The notes beneath the pieces were generated by a model. The model ran no database searches. It was not told the origin of the DNA and worked only from the letters and a program-made list of their open reading frames with translations. From positions 135,720,001 to 135,784,000 of the forward strand of contig CM059432.1 of assembly GCA_030390025.1 (NCBI GenBank): DNA of 64,000 nucleotides, written 5' to 3'. The translations under genes were made by a program, and so were the position numbers. Positions 1 through 14,913 of this stretch are shown piece after piece (position 1 is the stretch's first letter; each line of letters starts with the position of its first letter). This DNA comes from Squalus acanthias (taxonomy: Eukaryota).

Positions 1-3000
1 GAATTTGTTGTTTCCAGATAAATATTCCGTTTTACGCACACATATATATTACACATATATATATATAGATACACGCACCATAAAAACAGTGTGGTGGAAT
101 GTCAGCTGGCTATAGATTAAGCTTAGAGATTTAGCTGGGAAGATTTGTCACTCTAATAATACTATTTCTCCACTCCAGAACAATGAGTAAAATGGACTAA
201 AACCCCGGCAATGAGGTTTAATCTCATTAGAATTCCTTGTCTGAGCTGACCTTGGAAAGATACTAACCACTATGAGTGACATTGTTTGTCGGAACGTGGG
301 TGCCAGGGGACCTTTACTATCAATGTGATGGTGATACTTGCTGTATGTTGCGCGCAGAGGCATTTTCTACACACATATGTACACAGCAGATGCACAAGGC
401 TAAAATATTCCATATTTTTTATTTCAGGAGCTTCGGCTGAATGGTAACAGTAATGTAAAGTGTATTTTTTGAATTGGTCTATATTGCTTTTTTTTAAATG
501 CTCTATTATCTTATATATATGTGACAGATATTTATAACTTGCAGCCTTATTTTTTTTCTGGCTTACCAATTTTGTTACCCGCTACCGCTCCCTGACCGAC
601 CTCCTTGCTGCGGTATGTTACTACAGACGCAAGGCACTCACTCCCTGGCTCCTGACTAAAATGGCCTTCTTCACGTGTGGACATTGACAGGGAATGCTTG
701 ACAGGCTATTTGACCATGGGGTAATCACACCAGGCCTCATTTAAATGATGCTGGCCAGCTTCCCGCCCAGAACAGGTGAAAAGTGGGCGTGAAATGGCTG
801 CTGTCTGGTGGAAATTGGATGACTGTCGGCCACTCACTGGCACTCAGTTAAGGGTTCCGGGTGGGGGTGGAGGGGGGTGATGGGGTCCCGTGGAAGGGAA
901 GGGAGTGCAGGGGGCGGGGGAGAGCCGGGGGGCAGACGAGACCTAACTGTCCTTGTGTGGCCCTGAGTACCACCCCTGTTCCTCCTGGCCTCCACAACCA
1001 ACATTAAAAAACCTAGCCCGAACTCCCTCTTCTGCCTCCGATCCTCTTCTGACTTGAGATCACCTGGTGGGACAGGGGGTAGTGGCTTCCTCGCTCAAGT
1101 CGGAGTTAAAATTGCAGTTGGGGGCCCGATGACCTCATCAGATCCCAATCTGCATATTCAAGGAAGGACCCGCACCGGCTTGAGGCAGTTGCGCTCGCCA
1201 CCTGATCGGAAGAGTCGGTGAAGACCGAAGGCATCAGGTACCAGGCGGGACACCAGCGGGCAAGTCAGCTGGTCGATTTTTAACGTCCTACTCCCGTGTT
1301 CTCATCAACCAGCCTGACAGGGGCAATTTCCAGCAGGAGCTGCCCTCCCGAACACAAGGGTACTGAGGCCAAGTATAGCGCCCATACCTCCCTCTGCCTT
1401 GGCTTAGAATGGCTAAATCAGCCCAAATCAAGGACCGAAACCTAGGACTTTCCTGGTATGTATAAGCTACTCAGTGGATAAACTCACTGAATTATCCTGG
1501 AAGGCCAATTGCAGCCTTAACAAGTAATTTTGCACTGTTGTGTGTTTTTTTTAATATCACTTTATTGCTCTAAGATGGCTTTTCATTGCAGGAGCAACCA
1601 AACACTGCAATATTTCTAATTTTACCTCTTTCAATTTATTAATAATAATATTAGTCTTATTAATGCATTCAACAAAGCTGCAACAAATTATCTGAACTAT
1701 CTGAACATGAATGTAACGCAGTCGTAATAAAAGGTACATGCAGCTAAACAACCAGAGGAAATTGTACAATTCCTTCTGCTTTATGATTTTATTTAAACCA
1801 ATATTTTGCTAATAACTGCGGAGAATTTTTTTTTTTAGATGTTGGTGTCATACCATCTGCTAATCCATGTCCTGATTAAGGAAGTAATCCTAAAACCCAT
1901 TATTCCTAATGACAAGACCATGATCCTTTGGCTGTGCAGGTTTAAAGCATTAGCTGTCGAAAGCAAGGGAGAAGGAATGGTAGTGGATATCAGTGATCTC
2001 GGCCGCAATTGAGGAATTGGCCCGTCTAGCACACAACAAAAGTGATACAAAAGAATTACACCCTCTCTAAAGTCTATTTCCTCTGTATAATCACACAAAA
2101 TGATTTTTCTTAAATATGATAATAAATCACAGCAAAAATCAATGTGACAGAGTCCAACTGCTATGGCCTGATAACGCATCAATCAATATTTAGTATTTAG
2201 ATTTTAATTAATACATAGCAGAGGGGATGCCTCTTAAGAGAGAAATATTATCTCAGATAAAAAATCCGGCAGCAGTAGCATACAAAAGTTGTTGCCCATA
2301 TCTGTCATTGATCAATAAGCCGCCACTCTGATTAAAAACCCCTTTGAAAATATCAGGCGAGAGTATAAACAGATTGAGCCGGTGTGCGCCTCAGACATCA
2401 CAGTCTGCCTAGGATACTGGGTGAATTCAGGTCCAGTAATCCAGCACAGGAAACTCTCCGTACCAAAATCCATCTGGTTTCGAGTGTTTGGCATTTACCC
2501 AGCCCGAATTTTCAGATTTTCAGACTGAAAAGGAATTTTTAAAAAAGAGCGGAGAACTGTTGTCAACATTTAAATAACAGATTTATGTAAACAATAAAAT
2601 ATAAAACTGGAAACAAAGAAGCAGAAATGGCTTGCAGTTATATATCTACAGTAAAAATAATAAATGAAATGGACACAAGGAAAGAGTCAAATTGTTTATA
2701 TCAAAATCGCAGGTTTTGTCTGCGCTTCAGAAATCGTGTTATCAGTCAGATTGGATGCTCTGAGTGACATAACAAATATTGTAGGTTAAGCATATTTAGA
2801 TATCTTATGAAAGAGAAGAAAAATATGTATATGAGAAGAAGCAGATGAATTCCCCATTTCCTGGAGAAAACGGACATCTTTTGTATCTGTTGTCTGAGAC
2901 ACAGCTCAGGGGTAACTTGTGTTTATTGAAGCTCTCAGTTTTAATATAAATTATGACACCTGCAATTTTTGTGTCATTGGTACTATCTCCAGAGGACGGT

Positions 3001-6000
3001 GGATGCTGGTTAACTTTGTATTTAAAAACTCAGCCAGTGACTGTTGCACTGTAAAGAAAAAGTCCAAACATCCACTGAGATATTTCGACGTTCAAAAAAA
3101 ATTATTATGGATAAATCAAATCCATATTTTTTCATGCAATGAAATTCCAACCAATAGGTTTAAAGGGACTGTAAGCTTCTGCAAAGAATATCAATATTCA
3201 TTTTCTTCACAGTATTTCTTTTGCATTTTTAATAATTTTTTCCACAATAATATTTTTTCAATGTTAAGCAATTATTTTACTAATATTATGGCGGTAGAAA
3301 CAATACCTTTATTTCTCGAGACAGCAAACTAAGTTAAGGTGGCCAAACACAATTTTTGCCAAGGACGTCAGTAAAACATCTGTAGATTTTTTTTACTAAG
3401 CTAAGGTCGTACCTGAGATTTTACCTTGGTTCTACTGCCTACTTGTATGTGTGAATTCTCTGATGTTGGGACATTTACCCTAGTAAAGACAACCACATTT
3501 TTAATTGCTGGGGAACTGGCCCTCGCATAATCTTCAAAATAAAAACTAGTCTATTTAGAAAATATAGGCAGAGGCAAATTTTTAAGACAACTGTCAGTAT
3601 TCAGTATTTAGAGAGGACCAGGAAGCCACATTTCTGCAGATCCAGAGTTAACTTCCAACTTTATTAGCTAAAAGCAAAAAATAAAAAGATGATAGATATA
3701 GTGCAAAAGCACTTACATTTTAAAAGGCGAATGGCATTTAAAAGTGTGTGCCTGGAGAAAGACAGAGCAAGAAAGACATCTGTTTGCAATATTTTCTTTC
3801 AAAGAATGGGCACATAATAAAATTTCTGTTAACTCCTTAATATATCTAACACTATATATGCATATTTTAATAAAGGTAGAGTTTTACCGAGAGGCAAAAC
3901 GCTTCAGCAGTCACAAGCCACACAGTCCTGGGTTGAAGGCAAGGAATCTGTGTCATCAAGTGGTCAGTGACTATCAAACAATTGGCTCAAGAAATTCGAG
4001 ATAAGTCTGCCTTTGTAGCTCTTGAAAAATAACCCACCAGTAAATCTGTCGTTGTTGACCGTATTTTTCACGGGATATTTTTCCATTGTTTACCTTTACT
4101 CACCCTTCTCAAAAAACATAAAGTCAGTAAACTCTCTTCCCATTTTCTGCTGTATTTAAATAACTTTCCAAACCACAAACTGACCAATGATTTTTAAAAA
4201 AATAATGCAGTCAATAACGTGCACTTGCTGATGTGTATTTGTTTACTGTTTTATCCTTAGACATCATGAAATTAGAATGAAGGATCCAGACATAGATTTT
4301 TTTTTTTAAAAAAAAGCTTGTAGCATGACAGGCAGTCGGTAGACAGGGTTGTTAGTTTATGTAGGCTGTAGGCTGAGTCAACTGGAAAATTTTGATCACT
4401 TTAATTTACTATATCCAGCATGCCTGCTCTACTTGTCCACCACTTTTATCAAGGCTTGTGAGGCAGTATTGATTTTTTTATTTTCTATGTAGGATAAGAA
4501 GACAGAGAGTTAGTAGCAAGAGTGAATGAAGAACTTTCCTCAGATTACTGCTATTCTCTAGCTTATTGCATCCTGTCGTTTGTAGTTTCAGATGATGTCC
4601 AGTATGTCAGGATTACTTCAAGCAGGAAATAGGGTGAATAACAATAGAAGATGCTAGAAGAGAAAGATTGAAAAAATAGGCAAGGGGAGAAAGTGAAAAA
4701 AGGAGGGGGTGAAAAGAAGAGAATCTGATATGGGAATGAAAAACAGAAAACGCTGCTAAATTATCTTTGTAAGTCACTGGAACCTTAACATGTAATGAAA
4801 AATGTTATATCTCAATAAAATGGAAGATATGCTGTTTGCTATATTTTGCTTCTGTTTTTGTCTTTGATCCATATAATTAGAGCAAAGTCTTTAACAGCTT
4901 AAAAGGTAATTAGTCAAAGTATTGCATATGGTTTGTTCTGACACAGTGGATTAGATTAAACTGCTTAAATGGCGAGAATGTTTCTAGGTGTACATTTGTT
5001 AAAGCTTGTAACAATGCATTTCACTCAAGGTAATCAGCTGTACTTAATACTTGGATTTACAAATAAATAAAAATAAGACCAAGCCTAGGGGGTAGATGAG
5101 TTTTAAATAAATGCTATTACAAGATAAAGCATGAAATGCAATCAACTGCGTAACAAGCAGACGGGGGGAAAAAATTGAATCTTGCTCATAAGGAAGCAGA
5201 ATTTAAACTTTATTTAAAAAAAAAACTGGATCTTGTAATTCTACTTCTCCACAGAAAACGATTATGTCAACAACACCTTTAGTTTGTTGAAATCACCTGA
5301 TACGTACAATTTCTCTTTTGTATTTTCACAATCAAATGTTTGGCTCTGTATTTGCTGTGCTTTTATATTAGGAAAATTATTTTGTACGCCAAAACAAAAA
5401 AATGTTTCTAGCAGCAGTGCAAAAGTTAAAGACTGCCTTTTACCATCAATTGCTCTTCTCAACTTCAAACCGTTACAAATAGTTATAACTAATTTTAATA
5501 TTAGTTTGCTTTTTGCTTCTTTTCTTGCGGAATATTGATGATGACCTTAAAGTACAAAAACGGTTTGGGCGAGGTCTTGCGGCCCGTAAAGTGAGAGAGC
5601 TGAATTGATATGCTGAATTGAATTGAAAAGATCTCCAAAGAACCCGTGGGTTTAAGACAATATATCGAATGATATTTAATATCAGGCTCATTTCTAATAA
5701 GACACAAGACCTCTGAGTGAGTGAAAAATTTGAAGGATTTTGCTCCTGTTTGCCACTAAAAACCTAGTAAAGCAAAACCAGTCAAATTTAATTAAACCAT
5801 TTTTGGGTGAGTTTAAAAAAAAAAATCACTTTGTTTTCCCATCACTATAAATTGCAACAAAGTGTAAAACAAATTTGGTCACCAAAAGCATGGCAGGTGA
5901 CAGCCCGACTACCGACTGACCAACTCAGGCAGTACTGCCTTATGTCACAATACAGTTCAGGAGGTTTGTAACTTATAGTTTCTGTTTATAGGAAACAAAA

Positions 6001-6109
6001 AGCGGTGGAAAGAAATCTAATAACAAACTGCAGGTTGAAAATGCAGGCTGCATATTTTTATTTTTCTACATTTTTATTCAATTTTTAATTGAGATTTTTT
6101 TTCAACCGA

Positions 6110-6620
6110 ATTTTCTCCCATGCTGTCTTGAAGGTGCTGAATCTTGGTGCGTTCTGGCTCTGCGAGAGCGGCTGTCCTCCGCTATCTTGCTCAAGTGGCC
6201 GTTCTTCCTCTGTGAGTCGAGATTAGCAGGACAGTAGACTATTCGACTGTGGTGCACATCACAGTCAAGCCTGATCCTGCCCAAAGTTCCCTCTCAGCTG
6301 CGCGCGGGTGCAGCCGCTCACAAGTTGTTCCTTCTCCGCGCGGCAAATTTAAAAATGTCGCGTGTTGAAATAAACAAGCGGCGCCCAACAGAGAAAGTTT
6401 AGAGGGAACATCGATCCTGTCCTCACGCAAAATTCACAAAAAGAGCACTTGTCGTCGGTAGCAGAAACCCTGGCTGATTTCTTTCCCCATTCTTTTGCAT
6501 CAGGACTCGGAGGCAATTGTAGTGGCTCCATGACTGCTCCAGCAACAAGTAGTCAACGCAGCTGGGTGACGGGTTGAGCTTGGGCTCTTCCTGGTCTCTG
6601 TAGCTCAGTACTACATCATG
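6110..6620 (-). mobile_element. Old tRNA-like SINE copy (unnamed family, many copies in window), interrupted by a hAT MITE
   Basis: Shares blocks (caagtggccgttcttc, gactattcgac, catcacagtcaagcctgatcctg, gaaaccctggctgatt) with 58083-58500, 49200-49570 and other copies, in reverse orientation. Confidence 0.55.
6282..6413. mobile_element. hAT-type MITE (132 bp)
   Basis: Imperfect TIRs caaagttccctct / agagggaacatcg; 8-bp TSD atcctgcc (6274-6281) / atcctgtc (6414-6421). Confidence 0.75.
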
Positions 6621-6909
6621 TGGTTCACAGTCATTGGCTTAAATAATAATATTCACCTCCCCCCCCGCCCAAAGAATCAGCAGAATAGACAAACGGATGT
6701 TTAAGTTATTGCCAATTCCTTATAACGAGTGCAAGTCGCTTTTTAAAACATCAGATTATTTCTTTTCTTGCGAAGGTAGCACTGCTTTTAAAAGTTATGT
6801 TCTCACTTTCCCCAGTTACCTCTCCCTCTGCCGCGCACCATTGTGACCGAGGAAGTCATTGTGGTGGACGACTGACCCACCAGGCTTCCACTACTGTTTC
6901 TCTGATGGT

Positions 6910-7245
6910 TAGGGTTGCCAACTCTGGTTGGGTGTATTCCTGGAGGTTTCCTCACATGACCTCCCGCCTCGACCCACTCTTCCTGCCATTGGCTCATTCT
7001 GCAGGCGCACTGCCATCCCACATCAAATGGAAAGGGAGCAGACACTGTTAGCCAATTGGATTAATCTTGACTGTTAGTGAAACTGCCTTTTTCCCCCCCT
7101 ATCTCCAAAATTTTTATAACTAATAAATGAAAGTGTTTAAAGAAAATGGAAAAAAAATTCTCCTGGGTGGTTCGCAGCAGTGTCCCGGAGATTAAGCTTC
7201 AATTCCTGGAGACTCCAGGGTAATCCTGGAGGCTTGGCAACCCTA
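6910..7245. mobile_element. hAT (Blackjack-like) MITE
   Basis: TIRs tagggttgccaa / ttggcaacccta; 8-bp TSD ctgatggt (6902-6909) / ctgatgat (7246-7253). Confidence 0.8.
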
Positions 7246-8599
7246 CTGATGATGTAGGCAGGAGTGGGAAATCTTTTTTTTTTGTTGCCTTCCCTCACCC
7301 AAGAACATCCAAGATAATAGTAGCACCCCAGCTACAGCCCACAGCCAAAGTCAACCAATTGAGCACAGACCCAAGGATCAAACCTACAACCTTCCTGGAC
7401 TTGATGGCTCAGTACAACACGGCATCGGGCATTGATCCATTGCGTAGTTGGGCATCTGCTCCAGGAAGCTGGCACAAAAAGTATGTGAGCTTTCCAAAGG
7501 GTGCTACTTAACAACGCCACTCAAATAGTTAAATAGTGACCTGTAAAAGATGACATATAAAAATGTGTCAACAACTGGGCATGAAACAATGCACGCATTG
7601 TAACTATGTTGAGAGGCTGAGATGAGGTAGATGGAATGGGAGCAGACATGTGTAAAGTATAAACACCAGCACAGACTAGTTGGGCTGAATGGCCTGTTTC
7701 GGTGCTGCATTCTATGTAACTAATCTTATTGAACAACAAAGTTGTTTGTAAATATGGTCCGAGTAAGTCTTTTTGAAACCACAGTGGGTTTCCTGGTTCA
7801 CAGCAATGGACATAGCTAGTGTTTTGCTGTTACTTTTGCGGCAAGCCATATTTGTGGTATTTTTTTTAAGAGCAATGATGTTTCTGCAGTATTTAATTGG
7901 AAATCACTATTTTGTAGACCTTAGCCACCAAAGCCTATGTAAATGGAATGAATGCCATGCTTTGATTTCACTTAAATCATCAGCGATTACGAGCAATTTT
8001 GTCCATTGTTTATAGATTTAAAATATGCAGACAAAGAAATAAAGAATATAATGGGCAAACACCACTCGATATGAAGAGAAGGAAAGGATGAAATACTTCC
8101 CCTCCCTACCAAACAAAAAAGGGTCTGTAAGCATTACAAAAAATTGTACAGGACCTAAAAAGATCCTGTAGAAGCAAATTAAAATCTTTTAAATGCTGAA
8201 TTTAGACAGTTCCACGTATAGCAGAATCAGCTAATTACACCTTTTAAATTATGTCTGCAACAAAATATACGCTAACTGGAATCAGACACTTGTTTCCATC
8301 AAGAACAGAAAAATGAGCAAAGTTTGGAGCGAAGCAGCTTCGAAATGTGCAAACGCTTTGAGCATGCACCCGATTTACTAGCACGGACATTTTTATATGC
8401 AACTCTGGCCCTAAGCCACCTTCCTACCTTATTGCCTCAAACAGGACTATAGCAAGATGGCAAATGAAACAACTAGTGCAGTTATCTGTGTTCAAAATAG
8501 GAGCTCTCTGTATTGTTTGATATGGTTGACCACACCTCTAATGGTTCGCTAGCTTAGTGGGACTGCCTCACTTGGTTCCACATTAATCGGTCCGATTGT

Positions 8600-10310
8600 G
8601 GCCGGAGCATCTCTACCAATGGCCCTCTCCTCTACTTCATCCACATGCTGGCCCTCAGCGACATTGTTTACAGACATGCTGTTAGCTTTCGCAATATACA
8701 TTGATGACACCCACCTCTACCTCTTCACCACCCCTCTCAACCTCTCCACTGTCTCTGTGCTGTCAAATTGCTAGTCTGTCATTCAGTCTTGGATGAGCTG
8801 CAATTTCCTCCAGCGAAATATTGGGAAGACTGTAACCATTTCCTTCAGCCCATGTCACAAACTCTGTATCCTTGCTACCAATGCCCAACCACTGTCTCAG
8901 GTTGTTTGCATCCCATTCGACTCTGAGTTGAGCTTCCGGCCCCATAATCATTTCCATCAAAAAGATCAAAAGAAAAAAAAATAGATTGGGAAAAGGGGAA
9001 GGGCAACGAGATCTGGGAGTCCTTGTGCACCAGTCGCTGAAGGTAAGCATGCAGGTGCAGCAGGCGGTTAAGAAGGCAAATGGTATGTTGGCCTTCATAG
9101 CGAGAGGATTCGAGTACAGGAGCAAGGATGTCTTGCTGCAGTTGTACAGGGCCTTGGTGAGACCACACCTTGAGTATTGCGTGCAGTTTTGGTCTCCTTA
9201 TCTGAGGAAGGATGTTCTTGCCATGGAGAGAGTGCAGCGAAGATTCACCAGACTGATACCTGGGATGGCAGGAATGACATATGAAGAGAGGTTGGGTCGA
9301 TTGGGCTTGTATTTGCTAGAGTTTAGAAGAATGAGAGGGGATCTCATTGAAACTTATAAAATTCTAACAGGACTAGACAGACTAGATGCAGGAAGGATGT
9401 TCCCGATGGTGGGGGAGTCCAGAACTAGGGGTCACAGTCTAAGGATAAGGGGTAAGCCATTTAGGACTGAGATGAGGAGGAATTTCTTCACCCAGAGAGT
9501 GGTGAACCTATGGAATTCTCTACCACAGAAGACAGTTGAGTCCAATTCATTAAATATATTCAAGAAGGAGTTAGATATATTTCTTAAGGCTTAGGGGATC
9601 AAGGGATATGGGGAGAAAGCAGGGACAGGGTACTGAATTTGGATGATCAGCCATGATCGCATTGAATGGCGGAGCAGGCTCGAGGGGCCGAATGGCCTAC
9701 TCCTGCTCCTATCTTCTATGTTTCTATCACTTACCTCAGCCTATCTGCTGCTGTAACACTCATCCGTACCATTGTCACTTTCAGACTCGACTATTCCAAT
9801 GCCCCCAATCTCCAGCCTCCATTACCTTCAGCTCAAACAAAACTCTGCTGCCCTTATTCTATCCCACACACCACCACAGTATTCGCTAACCTAGATTGGC
9901 CCCTGATCCTTGAAAACCACGAATGTAAAATTCTCACTGTTGTGTTTACATTCCTCCATGGCTTCCCCCTCCTTGTATCTGTAGCCTTCTCCAACACTTT
10001 AACACTTCTCTGGCTCTCTCTTCCTTTGATTCCGACCATTTGTGCATCCTCCAATCCCTTTAGCCCACCATTGGCAACTGTGCTTTCAGGCCCCATGCTC
10101 TGGAATTTTGTCCAAAAATGCCTTCACCTCTCCACCTCCATCTCCTATTTTACGATCCTCTTAAGACCCACCTCTTTGACCAAGCCATTGGTCACCCCTC
10201 CTAATAGCTCCTTCTTTGTCTTGGCATCCATTTCCCCCCCTTATGCCTCTGTGAAATGCCTTGGGATACTTTTCTATATTAAAGGTGCTATATAAATGCA
10301 AGTTGTTGTT
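8600..10310 (+). mobile_element. Decayed L2-clade LINE 3' portion, split by a CR1 insertion
   Basis: RT remnants (gatgacacccacctctacctc, agactcgactattccaatgc) and L2-type tail tataaatgcaagttgttgtt; homologous to 23600-24970. Confidence 0.75.
8983..9727 (+). mobile_element. CR1 LINE 3' fragment (5'-truncated)
   Basis: ORF 8986-9594 with RDLGVLV, LYRALVRPHLEYCVQFWSP, RRMRGDLIETYK, FFTQRVVNLWNSLP; 3'UTR with gggccgaatggcct and ttctatg tail. Confidence 0.93.
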
Positions 10311-13300
10311 AATAACATATTTTTGATGTTTGCAATCTTTTCAGTATTTCATGTGTAACATTTGTTTGATCAGTTTTCAATTATTTGAGAAGCCAATGAT
10401 TGAAAGCAAATCATAGTGGAACAAAATATGTACAGGTTTATTGGGAAACAGAATTATTTATAGAATAATATAACAAAAGCCATAGTTTCAGTTGAATATT
10501 TGACAAATATTTGACAAATACAGTGAAACACATGGTTAGTTTTAATAATAGTTTGCATGACTCAGGAATGAGGTCATTTTGATACTTAGAAAAGAACATT
10601 TAATCTACATTTTTAAACTATGTTTACACTGAATGCAAAGTTACAATTTAATTATTTGTTTTATGTGTAATAAGTATATTTATGTTGCAAATGTCAGAAC
10701 TTGGAATTGTTTTGATTAGGGAAAACAAAGATATATTAGTTAAGAAGTAAGATTTTGTCGTTTAAAAAGCTATCTATGGGATAAAATTGGCAATTGAGAA
10801 ATGATTCTCAGAAAAATTTAAATTGTTCTTCTACAAAGTGAAAAATCTGTGTGTGTGTGTGTATGCGTATTTATTTTGCATTTTCTCTGAAAAATGATTA
10901 TTCATGAAATAATAAATGTTATTGATTTCATTAATAATCAGATTTCAATAAATTCAATAAACATTAAAAATAAATTAAAATAATGAACACTCTTTTTATA
11001 GGGCTGCCGTAGCAGTGCCTTAAGTCTGCAATCTTTTAAGACTGGTTTCAATACATTTACATATTACTTATCCCTATTTTTGTCCTTTTTGTAATTAAAC
11101 ACAGTATAATTTTCATACAATTCGCAAGGCTTTTCTGAGTAGCTCTGCTTCCTGGATGTGCATACAGGGCAAAAGCAAAATCCCTGTTCGGTAGCGCTGA
11201 AAACAAATAGGCACACTTCATCCTGTGAGAACTAGTACTGTAAGATGCTTGAGTAGATACTGTAAATATCGTTCAATCTGAGGGGGAAACAGAAAGTTCA
11301 TCTGTTATTACAGCTTTGGCAAAATTACCAAGAAAGATTAGTCATTAGAAAAATTGCAGAATCAATTTTGTGGTGAAATGTTGTATCATTGATCAAAATA
11401 TTACAGAGTGGTACAGCTAGTTTTATTTCACAGTTGGGCTTGTGCCTGTCCAGATATTTCTTTAACATTTACAAGTGAGTTGAGTCGTATTTAATATGAC
11501 TTTGAACATGCACTAAACACTTGCATTTCCAGACCTCCAGACATTTGTGTTTTACAACTCATATGAACGTTTAGTTAGCTGTGTATTAATAGCGATCAGT
11601 ACTGATATAAAACTTGAGAATTCTTGTTCCAAAGCTAGCACAAGTCAGGAAATAAGAATCACAGGGACTATTATAATAGTATTAACCTGTTTATAGTCGC
11701 TGTGATAAATATGGATTAAATGGATTGCATAATCTTTAAAATACTACCAAGTGTACAGGATTGTATTTAAATCTTCCTCTCTCTCTGTTTTTACAAGTTC
11801 TGTCTGGCATTTCCTTCTAAAAATGTACATATTGTTATTTGAAGTTTGTTCATATACTCCATGGTTTCACCAAGTGCTTATCACATAGAATATTGCTGGC
11901 AAAGTTATCTAACAAAATGACTGGGACATCTGTGTCTAGCAAGTGTTCCTATAATGGTTCAAACAAACAACATTTTTTCCGTAATGGAGGGTCTGGGTTA
12001 TCCTGTTGTTTACAGCATGAGAGTTAGCATGAATTCAGCAAAAAAAAAAGCCCAGAAGTGGTCCCGGAAATGTTCTGCAGTTTCGATGTTCTGTGATTTT
12101 TTTTGTCTTGTAGTGCTCTAACTGCCATGTTGTTAATTTTTTTCCTGCGATAATCGTAGAAGAATACTTATGATCGCAGAATAAAAAGATCAAGAATGCT
12201 TTTCACAGCAAAGTCAGCAATGCCGTAATTATTGTTATTGACTAAAAACATGAATTAAAGCCAAGCTACAGAAGCAATGTTTGCAGGAGATCAATTGTTC
12301 CTTTAGTGTTTGAGATGAATCTGTTTTCCAAGTGAAGTGATCACTTTAGCTGACAGATTCTGCTTGTAAGAAAAATGCAATATGCCAGAGATTAGTTCAA
12401 TTTTACATAAATACAACTAATACTTCTATCCTATTAAAAAAACCATTTCATCTGATTCCAGAGTATCTTCCACAGCAGGGGCAAATTTGTTTTTTTTTTG
12501 CCAGTTAAAAAAAATGATAATTTAAAATTTAACATCCTTATTTTCTACAGAAGTACCAAAAAAGAAAATGAGATGTCAAGTTCGGTTTTCTTAATCTTTG
12601 TTATCTCAAATGTCTCCTTCTTCGCTGCCCTGCTTGTGCATGATTCCATGGGTGCTGGCCCCACTCTAGTACCTTGATCAGTTGGCAAGTCTTAATATGT
12701 GAAACTAAAGCAGTGAGTGTTGTAAGGTATTCAACTGCGGAAGGTGGGGGGGGAGGGGGGGGGGGGGGCGGCGCGGGGGGGAGACACACACAAACAAATC
12801 AGCCAGGATTGCCATTGCTGATCGCTTTCCAAGGCTCACTTTGTCTTCCCTCCCCTAATTTAAAGAGCACTCAGGTCAATTGTAATGCATTACCGGCCGC
12901 TACTCCAGCTCAGTCCAGTTAACACAGCAGAGACTAGAGACTGAACCTGGCATTTTCCTGGTCTCGTAGCTCAATACCACACCATGGAGTGCATTTACTC
13001 ACTCAACAATCAGGAGTGTGTTTATATGATTCATGATCCAAACCAGTATATACATGTCCAGCTGAGTCACACAGCAAGGCGCACTTGTAATATAAAACTC
13101 ATTTACCACAACTGACAGTCATGGAAAGATCCATATCATCAATAACAAGTTAACAATACATTAGCCTGAAATGTTTCCATATCTAGCACTTCCTGCATGA
13201 GTATAGTGACAATGTAAAATAAAGAGAGATTTTGGCCGAAATAGATTTCATTTAAATCCCTCTGTTCGTTCACAAGTAGGAAGAATATCAGGATGAATGT

Positions 13301-13759
13301 CTACTTGTGTTAAACGTGTTGGACTATGCAGTGATTCAAAAATACACTGGTACTGATGACATAGGCTCTTACTAAAGTTGCTGTATTTGATAACCTTGAC
13401 CATTGATGCTCCCTCTTCATTTTTATTGGCATTTAGTAAATGATTTTGTATAAACATACAGTAATATGAAATACCCGTATAACTGGGTTAATTTAAAACA
13501 CTAATTAAAATTAAAAATCTCTATTTACTGCGGTGGAATAAATATTTTTTAATTCATATCCTTAGCTGCTAAACTTTAAATAGTGGCACACGAGTAAATT
13601 GAGGACACATTAAAATGGATGGATTTGAGACAATCTCCTTACACCTAGGCTTCAAATATACTTCATCCAAGCTTATTTGTTGAGTTATTTTAAATGAAGA
13701 TTTTGATGAATTTATGGTGATTACCGTTAATGACAAATCAGATCATATTGAAATGTAAA

Positions 13760-14577
13760 AAGAAAGAAAGACTTGCATTTCTATAGCGCCTTTCACAACC
13801 ACAGGACGTCCCAATGCGCTTTATAGCCAATGCAGTACTTTTGAAGTGGAGTCACTGTTGTAATGTATGAAAGGCCATTTGTACACAGCAAGATCCCACA
13901 AACAAGCAATGTGATAATGAGCAGATAATCTGTTTTTGTGATGTTGATTGAGGGATAAATATTGATCAGGACAGCGGGGAGAACTCCCCTGCTCTTCTTT
14001 GAAATAGTGCCGTGGGATCTGTTACGTTCACCCGAGAGAGTAGACGGGGCAACACGGTGGCATAGTGGTTAGCACTGGTGCCTCACAGCGCCAGGGACCC
14101 GGGTTCGAATCTGACCTCGGGTGACTGTCTGTGTGGAGTTTGCACATTCTCCCCGTGTCTGTGTGGGTTTTCTCCAGGTGCTCCGGTTTCCTCCCACAGT
14201 CCAAAAATGTGCGGGTTAGGTTGATTTGGCTATGATAAATTGACCCTTAGTGTTAGGGGGGGATTAAATATGTGGGGATAGGATAGGATATGTTAGGGGG
14301 AATTAAATACGTGGGGTTACGGGGGTAGGGTGGGATATGTGTACTGTGGGGATTAAAGCAGGGACGGGTACTGGACTTGGATGATCAGCCATGATCGTAT
14401 TGAATGGTGGAGCAGGCTCGACGGGCCGAATGGCCTACTCCTGCTCCTAGATTCTATGTTTCTATGTCTTGGTTTAACGTCTCATCCGAAAGACGGCACC
14501 TCTGACAGTGCCGCATTCCCTCAGTACTGGCACTAGAGAGTCAGTCTGGATTATGCGCTCAAGTCTTCAGAGTAGGA
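13760..14577 (-). mobile_element. Deu-domain SINE (SacSINE1-like), interrupted by a V-SINE
   Basis: Matches the copies at 14914-15365 and 21465-21910; L2-like tail; continuity gacggggc|...|tcttggtttaacgtctcatccgaaagacgg across the insert. Confidence 0.8.
14047..14466 (+). mobile_element. V-SINE (HE1-like): tRNA head, V-domain, CR1-derived tail
   Basis: A box tggcatagtgg, B box ggttcgaatc, V-domain gtgtggagtttgcacattctccccgtgtc...ggtttcctcccacagtccaaa; tail matches the CR1 3'UTR at about 9620-9727. Confidence 0.85.
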
Positions 14578-14913
14578 AGAAATTAAGGGTGAAAATTGTT
14601 AACAGTGTAGTGGTACTGGATCATTGGAACACCAATGTACATGTAGTGGGAGACAAACAGGTTTGATCCCAGACTCTTCAGAGTTTGTGGCATCCACCAT
14701 GTTGTGCAGAGAGGTGTTGAGTGGAGACTAGTAGCTGTCTCTCTCCTGTGGGAGAAGAAATTTGAAGACAAATAATTGGTGGGTTATTAGAAATAGAACA
14801 GAAGGATTGGATTGCGGCCTGGGAGCAAGATGCCATTTTGGCAATAGTTATGGCTTGGCAAGATTTAAGCATGGGGCAATCCAAAAATAAGTTTAAAAAA
14901 AAGAGGGGTTACT

